A stretch of 23,967 bases of DNA from Candidatus Heimdallarchaeota archaeon. Lineage in GTDB: Archaea > Asgardarchaeota > Heimdallarchaeia > Heimdallarchaeales > Heimdallarchaeaceae. The position numbers and the translations under genes are program-made. Positions 8,673-17,317 of the stretch are shown piece after piece. Location of the stretch: assembly GCA_016839945.1 (NCBI GenBank), contig JAEOTE010000085.1, positions 1 through 23,967 of the forward strand. The letters are read 5' to 3'. The notes beneath the pieces were generated by a model. That model saw nothing but the letters and a program-made list of their open reading frames with translations. It was not told the DNA's origin and did no database searches. Numbering within the stretch: the first letter of the stretch is position 1; each line of letters opens with the position of its first letter.

Positions 8673-10454
8673 TTAGTTAACCTCCTGTGCAACATATCCA
8701 TCGTCCAATTGTTTTCCGAAAACCTTTCTGTAATCTTCAGAACGTGTTAATAGATCATCATGTTCTCCCTGAGCTACTATTTCCCCCTTCTTCATCACTA
8801 AAATCAGATCTGATGTACGAATACTATGTAATCGGTGCGTGATTATCAAATTAGTACGACCTTTCAGAATATTCTTGATTGCTTTGCCTATTCTCTCTTC
8901 AGTTTCACTGTCTATAGAACTCATAGAATCATCGAGTATCAGAACATCAGGATCTGTAAGAAAAGCTCGAGCTATTGCTATACGCTGTTTTTCTCCTCCA
9001 GAAAGAGTCATTCCTCTTTCTCCGACAATTGAATCGTAACCTTTATCGAAATTGTTTATGAAATCATGAGCATGAGCCAGCTTAGAAACTTCTATAACAT
9101 TTTCTTTTGACGCTTCAGGAATGCCAAATTTGATGTTTTCCTCTATAGTTTGAGAAAATAGATAGATATCTTGTTCAACTAAGGATACTTGCTGACGAAC
9201 CATTTCTAGAGGATATTCTTGAATTGGTTTTCCATCTAGTAAAATTGTTCCTTCTTGTGGATCATATAATCTTAACAAAAGCTTAGCTAAAGTTGTTTTC
9301 CCACAACCTGTTGGACCAACTAATGCTACAGTTTGATTAGGTTTGATTTTAAAGGTTAAATTCTTTAGAACATGAGGATTCTTGGGATTACCATTGGGAT
9401 AAATAAATGAAACATTTTGAAATTCAATTGCACCTTTGAAGACATTAGAATAGTTAGTTTTTTTAGCAGGTAAAAGTTCAACTTCCCCAATTGAGAGGAT
9501 AGAAAACAACCTCTCGCTAGCTCCGAAACCTCTAATCATATCCCTTGTAGCCCAGAAAATCATCTGTGTGGGATGAATGAGAGCAATGAGTAGAAGTAAC
9601 ACAGCTGTTAATTCTCCTATAGTCATACCATTATTTCTGATTAGTATTGTCCCAAATACTACAGAAACACCAATAGCGGCAAAGAGAGTTAGTAAGGGAT
9701 AAAATCGAGCTTGAATTCTTATTTCCCCTAACCTATTGTCTCTGAATGCTTGAACAGTTTTTCGAAATTTTTTATATTCTACTTCTTCTGCACAAAATGA
9801 TTTTGCAACTTGAACACTGTTTAAACTCTCTTGTAAAGAAACTGCAACATCTGCATGTTTTGTTAAAGATGCTTTTGAATAGGGGAGTAAATGCTTACGA
9901 TATCGTAGCACAAAATAAACATATAATCCCAAAAAAGGTATTGTAAGCAAAGCCATTCTATAATTAAATGTCTGAATTTGTATCAGAGTAACAATTGTTT
10001 GAATGAAGGGGTATACATAAAATGAACCATGCGCTATCAACGTATTAACTACACGCAAATCATTTGTAGCTAAAGCTAGCAAATCCCCAGTTTTAATTCT
10101 ATCATGAAAACTCAGAGGTTTATTTTGAACATTTTCGAAGAACTCTCTACGCATCGATTGCTCAGCTTTAGAACCTAATTGGTGTCCAATCATCCAAGTA
10201 ACATATTCAACTGTATTTCTGAGGAAGTAAAATCCTAGAAGAATTAACATAGTAATTACGAGACTTTGAGAAAAATCTTTGAGTACAATAGAATCAGTTA
10301 GATCTCCAATACGCATTGGAATAATCGTTCGAGTGTAGGTAACAGAAACTATCCCTATGAAATTTAGAATAAAGAGAGTTTTATGATTCAGTACATGAAC
10401 AAAAAACCACTTGACATAAGGATTCTTTGTTTTTGATTCTTCGCTTATGGCCAT
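8673..10454 (-). CDS. ABC exporter, fused TMD-NBD subunit (MdlA-like heterodimer, subunit 1)
   Basis: TMD, Walker A GPTGCGKT, LSGGE, Walker B ILDDS (catalytic E replaced by D), THRL. Confidence 0.95.
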   Translation of the reverse strand: MAISEESKTKNPYVKWFFVHVLNHKTLFILNFIGIVSVTYTRTIIPMRIGDLTDSIVLKDFSQSLVITMLILLGFYFLRNTVEYVTWMIGHQLGSKAEQSMRREFFENVQNKPLSFHDRIKTGDLLALATNDLRVVNTLIAHGSFYVYPFIQTIVTLIQIQTFNYRMALLTIPFLGLYVYFVLRYRKHLLPYSKASLTKHADVAVSLQESLNSVQVAKSFCAEEVEYKKFRKTVQAFRDNRLGEIRIQARFYPLLTLFAAIGVSVVFGTILIRNNGMTIGELTAVLLLLIALIHPTQMIFWATRDMIRGFGASERLFSILSIGEVELLPAKKTNYSNVFKGAIEFQNVSFIYPNGNPKNPHVLKNLTFKIKPNQTVALVGPTGCGKTTLAKLLLRLYDPQEGTILLDGKPIQEYPLEMVRQQVSLVEQDIYLFSQTIEENIKFGIPEASKENVIEVSKLAHAHDFINNFDKGYDSIVGERGMTLSGGEKQRIAIARAFLTDPDVLILDDSMSSIDSETEERIGKAIKNILKGRTNLIITHRLHSIRTSDLILVMKKGEIVAQGEHDDLLTRSEDYRKVFGKQLDDGYVAQEVN

Positions 10455-10619
10455 ACATCTTCCTCTATTAAAGATATATTGAGTTGATAAATGCTATTTT
10501 AAAAGTTTGTTAAATTATCACCTCATCATAACATCAAATGTAGCTAAAGAAATTTTGTAAGATTTGAGTAGATATTTTCTTAAGTGTTTATACATTCAGC
10601 ACAGGGAGGAGGTAAAATT

Positions 10620-11414
10620 ATGTATATTGATACTCATTTACATTTATGTAATCGTTGGTGTGATGACATCCGTCGTCCAAAAGCTATTTCAGACATAGCT
10701 AAAAACAAAATAATAACTTGGGCACAATCCTGGGATATTCCTTCCTATATGGATGCTCTAGAATACTCAAAAGAGTCAGAGTATATTTTTCCTGCATTTG
10801 GTGTTTTACCTTGGGAAGCTTATGATTACAAGGATAGATTTGATGAAATAGCCAAACTCTGTGAAGAAACTTTAATGTTGGGAGAGATTGGCTGGGATGA
10901 AAAGAATGCTCAAGATAAAAGAAGCATCCCTTATCAGATATCTATGCTTGAAGTATTTCTTGAAGCAGCTGAAAAACATAACTTAATCATGAATCTTCAT
11001 TTTCGTGGAGGATTGGAGAAAAAAGGATTTGAGCTATTGAAAAGCTATAATGCAAAGAAAGCCATAATTCATTCATACTCAGGACCATCAGCATTGATAA
11101 AAGAGATAAATGACCAAGGGTTCTACATCTCATATGGTTCTTCAAGATTTGATCCATCAAAGACCCCTCAACAAGACTACTATAAGAAAAGAATTTCTGA
11201 AGTTCATGAGGATTTGTTGATTTTAGAAATAGATGTTCTAGAACGTGACAAGAAGTTTAGGCCACCATCAGAGGTATTTCCAAGAATAATACAATCAATT
11301 GCAGATATAAGAAATACAACTCCTGAAGAAATCGAAGCTATGAACCAAAGGAATGTTTTGAGATTAATAGGTGATGATCCCAAATTGGATGATATGAGAA
11401 AATTACTTAGCTAA
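10620..11414 (+). CDS. TatD-family metal-dependent hydrolase/nuclease
   Basis: DTHLH, GEIGWD, LHFRG, IHSYSG and LEID motifs. Strong SD GGAGGAGGT precedes ATG 10620, so the track's GTG at 10584 is probably too long. Confidence 0.85.
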   Translation: MYIDTHLHLCNRWCDDIRRPKAISDIAKNKIITWAQSWDIPSYMDALEYSKESEYIFPAFGVLPWEAYDYKDRFDEIAKLCEETLMLGEIGWDEKNAQDKRSIPYQISMLEVFLEAAEKHNLIMNLHFRGGLEKKGFELLKSYNAKKAIIHSYSGPSALIKEINDQGFYISYGSSRFDPSKTPQQDYYKKRISEVHEDLLILEIDVLERDKKFRPPSEVFPRIIQSIADIRNTTPEEIEAMNQRNVLRLIGDDPKLDDMRKLLS

Positions 11415-11440
11415 ATATTCTCATATAATCACCTTACTAT

Positions 11441-11448
11441 TTTTATAT
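11441..11448 (+). promoter_or_regulatory. Candidate TATA box, probable leaderless transcript
   Basis: TTTTATAT 21-28 nt upstream of ATG 11469. Confidence 0.45.
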
Positions 11449-11468
11449 CAAAATCTGATTGTTAATCT

Positions 11469-11921
11469 ATGTCCCTTAATCACAAATTAGCACGTTGTGG
11501 AGTATATTGTGGTCAGTGTAGAGCCTTTACAGCTGAAATAACAGATCTTGCTACTAAATTCAAAGAATGGGTTGTTAAAGATTATTCCTGGTTAAAGGAA
11601 GTAGATGATTCTTTTGATTATGATAATTTCATTAAAGGATTGGATTGGTTCATGAATTCTTCATGTTCAGGATGTCGAGATTCAACAGAAAAATGGTGTG
11701 AAGTTAAAAAATGTGAAAAAATCAAGGAAAATACTATTGATAATTGTTTAATTTGTGAGGATTTTGCAAAATGTGAACATACTGATTATCAAAGGAAAAG
11801 ATACTCCTACCTTTTTGATTATATTGAATTCGTAAAGAAAGAAGGATTCGATAAGTTCCTTGAAGAAGAAGAAAGGAAAGCTGAAGAAGGAGTAAGAATC
11901 CAAGATATTAGAGATTACTAA
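11469..11921 (+). CDS. Cys-rich metal-binding protein, DUF3795-like
   Basis: Pattern CGVYCGQC...CSGC...CEVKKC...CLICEDFAKC is typical of DUF3795. Confidence 0.75.
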   Translation: MSLNHKLARCGVYCGQCRAFTAEITDLATKFKEWVVKDYSWLKEVDDSFDYDNFIKGLDWFMNSSCSGCRDSTEKWCEVKKCEKIKENTIDNCLICEDFAKCEHTDYQRKRYSYLFDYIEFVKKEGFDKFLEEEERKAEEGVRIQDIRDY

Positions 11922-11939
11922 TTTATTGAACGAGTTTTT

Positions 11940-12974
11940 TTATTTTCTTTTTCTCCAATATACAATCACAATTAATCCAATTAGTGTTGGAATAATCAAC
12001 TCATAACTTGCTTTCTTGGTTTTAATTTCGAAGGCATCTTCAATAGTTGTTGTTATAATATCATTATCAAAAGAAACACACTCAAGTTTTACATTATCAT
12101 CAGTTACTGTAATATTCACATAATGATATTTTGCGAAGTAAACGTCTCCATCAATTGCATAACTTGTTGATGATGGAGTATATAATGGAGCTCCTGATCC
12201 ACCAGTAGCGATATGTGTTATTCCTTCTCTTGTTGTTCTATAGTAGTAATGATCATGTCCCGAAAAAGCAAGATCAACACCATATTCAGTAAGCATAGAT
12301 TCAAGCACAGTTCGAACTGCGAGAGCGTCTTCAACTCTACCTTCACTCCTAACAGAATAACAAGGACGATGGAACATTGCAACAACAAATTTATCCACGT
12401 TCATTTCTAAATCGCTTGTTATCCAATTTTTCTGTTCTATAGTTAGATCTAACTCACCATGATTCCAATATTCTTCAGTATTGATAACAATGAAATGAAT
12501 TTGATTAAAATCAAAACTATAAAATCTCTCATTCCCTGGCATTTCAACATTTTTCATATATGTAGAGAAATTGCTTTCTATAGGTCCATAGGAACCATCA
12601 GGAAGACTATGAGTATATATTTCATGATTACCTACAGCATAATAAAGCTGAACATCATTTTGAATTGCAATATCAATATCTTCATAATATCTATCCCATT
12701 CATCTTGTTCTCCACCATGTAGAACCATATCACCAGAATGAAGAATGAATTCGAGGTTGGGATTATTCTCAACTACACTCTCGAAAACTTTTCTTCTAAT
12801 ACTGTTTGTTGAATTTTCTTCCGAATTTCTTGAATCACCTAAAGCAATAAAATACCATGGTTCAAAAGATTCATCTTCAGCTTTTACAACAGTACTTCCT
12901 AAATGTGTAATTATAGGAAATAGAGCAAATAGAAATAACAAAACCATAGATAAAGTAATCATTTTTTTCTTCAT
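11940..12974 (-). CDS. Secreted, membrane-anchored calcineurin-like metallophosphoesterase (purple acid phosphatase-like)
   Basis: Signal peptide, GDSR, HSGDMV, VGNHE, MFHRP, FSGHDHYY, and C-terminal TM plus RKRK. Confidence 0.9.
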   Translation of the reverse strand: MKKKMITLSMVLLFLFALFPIITHLGSTVVKAEDESFEPWYFIALGDSRNSEENSTNSIRRKVFESVVENNPNLEFILHSGDMVLHGGEQDEWDRYYEDIDIAIQNDVQLYYAVGNHEIYTHSLPDGSYGPIESNFSTYMKNVEMPGNERFYSFDFNQIHFIVINTEEYWNHGELDLTIEQKNWITSDLEMNVDKFVVAMFHRPCYSVRSEGRVEDALAVRTVLESMLTEYGVDLAFSGHDHYYYRTTREGITHIATGGSGAPLYTPSSTSYAIDGDVYFAKYHYVNITVTDDNVKLECVSFDNDIITTTIEDAFEIKTKKASYELIIPTLIGLIVIVYWRKRK

Positions 12975-13092
12975 TTCTTTTCACAACTATTATATTCAAG
13001 AAAGCAATATTTGAAGATATATCAAAGTTTCTCTAAAACAAGCTTATGTCGATTATCCTTTTTTGTGATTAAAAAGTGAAAGAAAATTAAAA

Positions 13093-14049
13093 TTATTTTC
13101 TTTTTCTAAAAACCACTAAAATAATACTAAAAACAGTGACTGCCATCAATACTTCTATAAATGGAAATGGTAGTAATCCGGATTTAGCAATCTTAATTTC
13201 TTGAGGAGCAAACTCATATTGACTATTACTAGCTGTATCCTTTTCTATAGATCTTAGAATAAAGCCTGTAGTAGCATCATAGTATACTTCTACTTCACCA
13301 ACATCGTCGAAACCCACAACAAAAGTATTGGAATACTCTACTTGAATTGCATCGTATGATGTTCCATCAGGAGTGTTAATTGTTGGATTATTGCTGACTG
13401 TACCATCTACTGTTTCAAAATTAATTGTGTCTCCAACGTTTGCTTTGGGAGAAATTGCTAAAATTGTATAAGGAAATTCATTAAGTATTGCAGTATCAAT
13501 AGTAGAAGCTTTATTCATTAGTATATTTACTTCATCATACTTGGGATCAGCAACATCTAAATCTCCATATTTTATTGAGTATGACCCTATGTTTATTTGA
13601 GCATTATCAAGGTCTGTAAATTCCGAGAATTTAGTTTTATGAAGTAATGTCATCTCTGTTGTATATGTAGAATTAGAGAGTATCAATTTTGCTACACCTA
13701 ATAATGTAGTTCTATTATGCTCAAAAATTAAGCTAGTATAGGTGAAAGTAGTGAATGGAGCTATATCAAAAACATTGGGATCTAATAATTCTGTAGTTAC
13801 AGAAATTGCCACTATATTCAGTGAAATATCAGTTGCATTAAAGATGTCATCCACAGAAATTTCTATATTAGCAGTATGAACATCTGAATGTGTTGTGTTT
13901 GAAAAAAGCATTTTTCCTTTTACATAACTTCCTACTGTTACTTCAAGCTGATCAGGTGCAACAAGACCTTGAGTATAATTGGAAAGCAACAATGAAAGAA
14001 GTAGTAAGTTTAGTATTAGTATTGATATTGTTTTTGTTTTTCTTTTCAT
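13093..14049 (-). CDS. Uncharacterised cell-surface protein (signal peptide, beta-rich ectodomain, C-terminal TM and basic tail)
   Basis: MKRKTKTISILILNLLLLSLLL signal, Thr/Asn/Asp-rich ectodomain with several N-x-S/T sequons, VYYDATTGFIL motif, C-terminal PFPFIEVLMAVTVFSIILVVFRKRK. Confidence 0.75.
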   Translation of the reverse strand: MKRKTKTISILILNLLLLSLLLSNYTQGLVAPDQLEVTVGSYVKGKMLFSNTTHSDVHTANIEISVDDIFNATDISLNIVAISVTTELLDPNVFDIAPFTTFTYTSLIFEHNRTTLLGVAKLILSNSTYTTEMTLLHKTKFSEFTDLDNAQINIGSYSIKYGDLDVADPKYDEVNILMNKASTIDTAILNEFPYTILAISPKANVGDTINFETVDGTVSNNPTINTPDGTSYDAIQVEYSNTFVVGFDDVGEVEVYYDATTGFILRSIEKDTASNSQYEFAPQEIKIAKSGLLPFPFIEVLMAVTVFSIILVVFRKRK

Positions 14050-14115
14050 GATGTTAATATGTAATTAATATCCATTAAATTAAGTTTGTGTAAAAATAAA
14101 AAGAGAAACAAGGCT

Positions 14116-15174
14116 CTAAGACCTTTTTCTTCTTATTACAAGAACAGCAGCTGCTAGGATAGGAATTGCAAGTAATGCAACTATGGATAGTCCTAAACCA
14201 GTAGTGTCATACATTCCGACAACTGGATCATGAATTAGTTTCATTCCATCTCCATAGTTAGGATAAACCAATTGTAAATTTATGAATTCTAAACCAAATT
14301 TGTATCCTTTTCCATACATTTCATCTAGTCCATAACTGGTTGCAGTTGTAGTACATGTAATTGTTTCTACATAAGTACCATTTTCATCAAATACATCAGC
14401 TTCAGGTGTCCAAGCAAAATAAGCATAAGGTCTTTCTCTATCATCTCTAAATTCTATTCCATCTTGTTTTGGATCTTGTGTTCGATTAGTTCTTGGTTCT
14501 TCTAATCCTTCAGGCTTGATATTCTCTTCTGGTTTATTTACTCTCTCTCCAGTTCTGATTCGATGTTTATATTGAAGTTCATGGACTTTAATGTTGAAAA
14601 TTAAACCTACTGCTCCAGGAGTGAAATTCCAATTATCTACAATAATATCAAATTTCACTTCTTGCAATCCTTTTGTTTTATAAACAATTGTTGTATCATT
14701 CAATTTCTTTGTTACTTCTATTTCTTCCAAATATATATGATATTCAAATGAAATTGTAGCACCATTATCTAATTGGGATGAAGTTTGTGTTACTGAAATC
14801 TCATCTTCTAGAGTATCATTAACTGTTAAAGTCCAGGTTATAGAACTATCAACTAGATTGTATACTTTTCCACTTGTTAATTCAGTTCTACTATCAACAA
14901 TAAGATCATCACCAAACAACTCAGCTATATGATAGAATCCAATATGGAAAAGAGCTTGTCTTTTAGGTTTGTCTGTACTGTTTGTTTTCCATATAAATAT
15001 ATCTGGCTTTCCAGAATTAAGCTTCACAGTTACATAAGGAGTAACAATAAAAACTGATCCTTCTCTATTCTCTACTCCTGTTCCTGTACTAGGAACTGCG
15101 TAAGCTGGAGTAAGAGCAGAGACTAAAAATATTGTTAGCAAACTTGCTACTAGAAATTTTTTGCTCAATTGCAA
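14116..15174 (-). CDS. Uncharacterised cell-surface protein (signal peptide, beta-sandwich ectodomain, C-terminal TM and RRKRS)
   Basis: TTG start 4 nt after SD GGTGA (15179-15183), signal peptide ending AYA, motifs VKFDIIVDNWNF and YPNY...LIHDPVVG, C-terminal TM. Confidence 0.8.
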   Translation of the reverse strand: MQLSKKFLVASLLTIFLVSALTPAYAVPSTGTGVENREGSVFIVTPYVTVKLNSGKPDIFIWKTNSTDKPKRQALFHIGFYHIAELFGDDLIVDSRTELTSGKVYNLVDSSITWTLTVNDTLEDEISVTQTSSQLDNGATISFEYHIYLEEIEVTKKLNDTTIVYKTKGLQEVKFDIIVDNWNFTPGAVGLIFNIKVHELQYKHRIRTGERVNKPEENIKPEGLEEPRTNRTQDPKQDGIEFRDDRERPYAYFAWTPEADVFDENGTYVETITCTTTATSYGLDEMYGKGYKFGLEFINLQLVYPNYGDGMKLIHDPVVGMYDTTGLGLSIVALLAIPILAAAVLVIRRKRS

Positions 15175-15213
15175 TTTATCACCAACAAAATATTGAAAAC
15201 CATACTATATGAA

Positions 15214-15230
15214 AAGTTGCAATGCAACTT
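15214..15230. promoter_or_regulatory. Perfect inverted repeat AAGTTGCA-A-TGCAACTT next to a candidate TATA box (minus strand TTTTCATATA, about 15206-15215)
   Basis: Read directly from the sequence. It lies about 40-56 nt upstream of the TTG of 14116-15174. Confidence 0.65.
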
Positions 15231-15280
15231 GATTGAGACGCTAAGCAACATAATGAAACGAAATGAAACGAAATGAAACG
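15223..15280. repeat. Array of six 10-11 bp phased direct repeats (TGCAAC, TGAGAC, AGCAAC, TGAAAC x3); candidate operator array
   Basis: The conserved G falls at 15224, 15235, 15245, 15255, 15265 and 15275. The last three units are exact AATGAAACG repeats. Confidence 0.8.
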
Positions 15281-15297
15281 TAAAATTAATAATTTAT

Positions 15298-16332
15298 TTA
15301 TTCAATAACTGCAATTCCATCATCTGTCAGATATACAACATAGGTTCTTCCAAATTTATCTCTTCTAATTAATCCCTTTTCTTCTAAGGGGACTAGGTTT
15401 CTTGATATCTTCGATTTAGAATAACCTGTAATGTCACATAATTCCTTTTGAGAAACTTTACCTTTTCTCTCAAAGACAATCCTAATTAAAGATCTTTGAT
15501 TTTCTGTAAGAAGAGTAGCTCCCATTTTCTTCATTGCTTTTTTCTCTCGATGTCTTATCAACCAAGAAATTCCGCTAATTCCAAGAAAGATGCCCACCAA
15601 AATACCAGCCAAGAACATAGCAAATTTAGAATCAAAGAAACCTATTTCATCTTCTGGGATAATAGGTTCATCAAACCTTACAATGAATAAAGGATTCGAA
15701 GATTGAATGAGATTTTCATGATTCCATGAGATTTCTATTCTATTTTGAATAAGAACTTGAGTGGCATTGTTTGGATGGAAAGAATGAGTTGTATCTTCGA
15801 ATTCATGTATAAAACTCCGTTCAGGTAACTTTATTGTCATTCTGTAATTCTGAGTTAGATGTGAAATTGTTGAATAGAATTCAAAGGAGTAATAAGATGG
15901 AATATCCTCTAAGAGTTTTAGTGAGTAATCGAGATTACAATTCAGTGTGAAGGAAGCTGTATCATTCTCATCTAGAGAATTTCGGAAATATACTTTAACT
16001 AGATTTGATGTATTGGTTATAACATTCCAATCATAATTTAAGGTCCCTTCACCATCCTCAACAATTAGAGTATTAAGAGAATAATTCAACCACAAATCGA
16101 TGGAACCTATTGTAGTGTTCTCTGTATTTTGAACCACGAAATTTTCACTCGAAGAGATTATAGAAATAGAGTAAATATCAATCTCTGTCTGATGTGATTT
16201 TATCATCATAGAAGACGGAGAAAAATGGATAATATCATGATTACTTACAGTCTGGTTTACATTGAAAGTGAAAATAGCCAATAAGAGTGTAATGCTTATA
16301 AGAATTTTTAGTTGTAAGGCTTTAGATTGCAA
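15298..16332 (-). CDS. Membrane-spanning transcriptional regulator: signal peptide, ectodomain, TM, C-terminal winged HTH (COG2512-like)
   Basis: N-terminal hydrophobic signal, about 200-aa beta-rich ectodomain, TM FAMFLAGILVGIFLGISGISWLI, then LTENQRSLIRIV...VSQKELCDITGYSKSKISRNLVPLEEKGLIRRDKFGRTYVVYL (MarR-like wHTH). TTG start. Confidence 0.85.
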   Translation of the reverse strand: MQSKALQLKILISITLLLAIFTFNVNQTVSNHDIIHFSPSSMMIKSHQTEIDIYSISIISSSENFVVQNTENTTIGSIDLWLNYSLNTLIVEDGEGTLNYDWNVITNTSNLVKVYFRNSLDENDTASFTLNCNLDYSLKLLEDIPSYYSFEFYSTISHLTQNYRMTIKLPERSFIHEFEDTTHSFHPNNATQVLIQNRIEISWNHENLIQSSNPLFIVRFDEPIIPEDEIGFFDSKFAMFLAGILVGIFLGISGISWLIRHREKKAMKKMGATLLTENQRSLIRIVFERKGKVSQKELCDITGYSKSKISRNLVPLEEKGLIRRDKFGRTYVVYLTDDGIAVIE

Positions 16333-16410
16333 GTTAAAAAGTATTGTAAATCCTACTAAAAAAGAATTTCCATATAGGGATTACTAGAAACTTCTTTTAA
16401 ATTTTGGAGT

Positions 16411-17262
16411 TTATTTCCCTTCTATTATATTTTTTATTACTTTGGCAAAATCTTTTGCACCAGGTAAGTGATGCATGTAGCTAAAATCTGGGACTTGGAC
16501 ATATGTGCTACTCTTAATAAATCCATGAATCAATTTTGATTCATCTTCAGTATGCATTGTTTCTTCAACTGCTCCGATTATCCATGTAGGGGTTTTGATT
16601 TTTTTATAATCTTCAGTTGCATCCCACCAAGTTAAGCATTTAGTTTTCTTATATCGCATTGCACTTGCGTTCTGCATGTATTCCTTGTAAGCATCACGCT
16701 GAGGTCCTTCAGGCATAACTAAAGTAAGCCATAATTTTCCTATAGTTTTCAACAACCAGTTTATTAAGAAAGAGGGAGTAAACTTCGACATATAAATGAG
16801 TTTAGAAGGTAATATAGGTGTTCTAATTATTCCTACCATTATAGTTCCAATAGGATCTATCATTTCTGCAGCTAAAGCTCGTCCAACATACAGAGTTGCA
16901 GAACTAGCAGCAATGATGAATGTCTTTTTCTGATCCAAATCTAAATTTTCCAAAGTATCTTTGATATCTAATCCTGATCTATTCATATCTCCTTTATGAC
17001 TCCATTTTACCCTCGAAGTACTCTTTTCTCTGGTTTCAAGAACATAAAGGTTAAAATCTTCATACAACTCATCCCAGAGATCATTCCAGGACATAGGTAA
17101 TGATGCATAACCTGGGATATAAAAAATATTGTACCCCTTAGGTTTCTTTGTTGTATAGTAAACAAGCAATTCAGCTCCATCAGAAACAGGTACATATACT
17201 TTTGTTGATTCTTTGTAGAATAATTCTTTCTTTGGTGATAACTGATTCTTCATGGAATTCAT
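16411..17262 (-). CDS. Alpha/beta hydrolase fold protein
   Basis: SDGAELLVY, YIPGYAS oxyanion loop, nucleophile elbow IAASSAT, C-terminal YMHH. Confidence 0.75.
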   Translation of the reverse strand: MNSMKNQLSPKKELFYKESTKVYVPVSDGAELLVYYTTKKPKGYNIFYIPGYASLPMSWNDLWDELYEDFNLYVLETREKSTSRVKWSHKGDMNRSGLDIKDTLENLDLDQKKTFIIAASSATLYVGRALAAEMIDPIGTIMVGIIRTPILPSKLIYMSKFTPSFLINWLLKTIGKLWLTLVMPEGPQRDAYKEYMQNASAMRYKKTKCLTWWDATEDYKKIKTPTWIIGAVEETMHTEDESKLIHGFIKSSTYVQVPDFSYMHHLPGAKDFAKVIKNIIEGK

Positions 17263-17285
17263 TGTTGGAAAGCATCATATAGAAG

Positions 17286-17297
17286 TTATATAAAAAT
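17286..17297 (-). promoter_or_regulatory. Candidate TATA box for 16411-17262
   Basis: Minus strand TTTTTATATAA about 25-35 nt upstream of ATG 17262. Confidence 0.45.
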
Positions 17298-17317
17298 TAT
17301 TAGGAATGAATTTTATT

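Noticed and set aside
7630-9946. Several short ORFs within the ABC genes (7630, 7738, 8179, 8835, 8839, 9746)
   Set aside because: Shadow or alternative-frame ORFs fully inside well-supported genes.
10620-11921. TatD plus Cys-rich protein as an anti-phage defence pair (QatD/Dpd-like)
   Set aside because: No QueC, ATPase or other defence partners nearby, and the second gene has its own TATA candidate.
12213-13014. Three plus-strand ORFs opposite the metallophosphoesterase
   Set aside because: Antisense shadows with no motif support.
15251-15280. AATGAAAC repeats as a CRISPR array (they resemble the ATTGAAAC end of archaeal CRISPR repeats)
   Set aside because: The period is only 10 bp, with no spacers and no cas genes.
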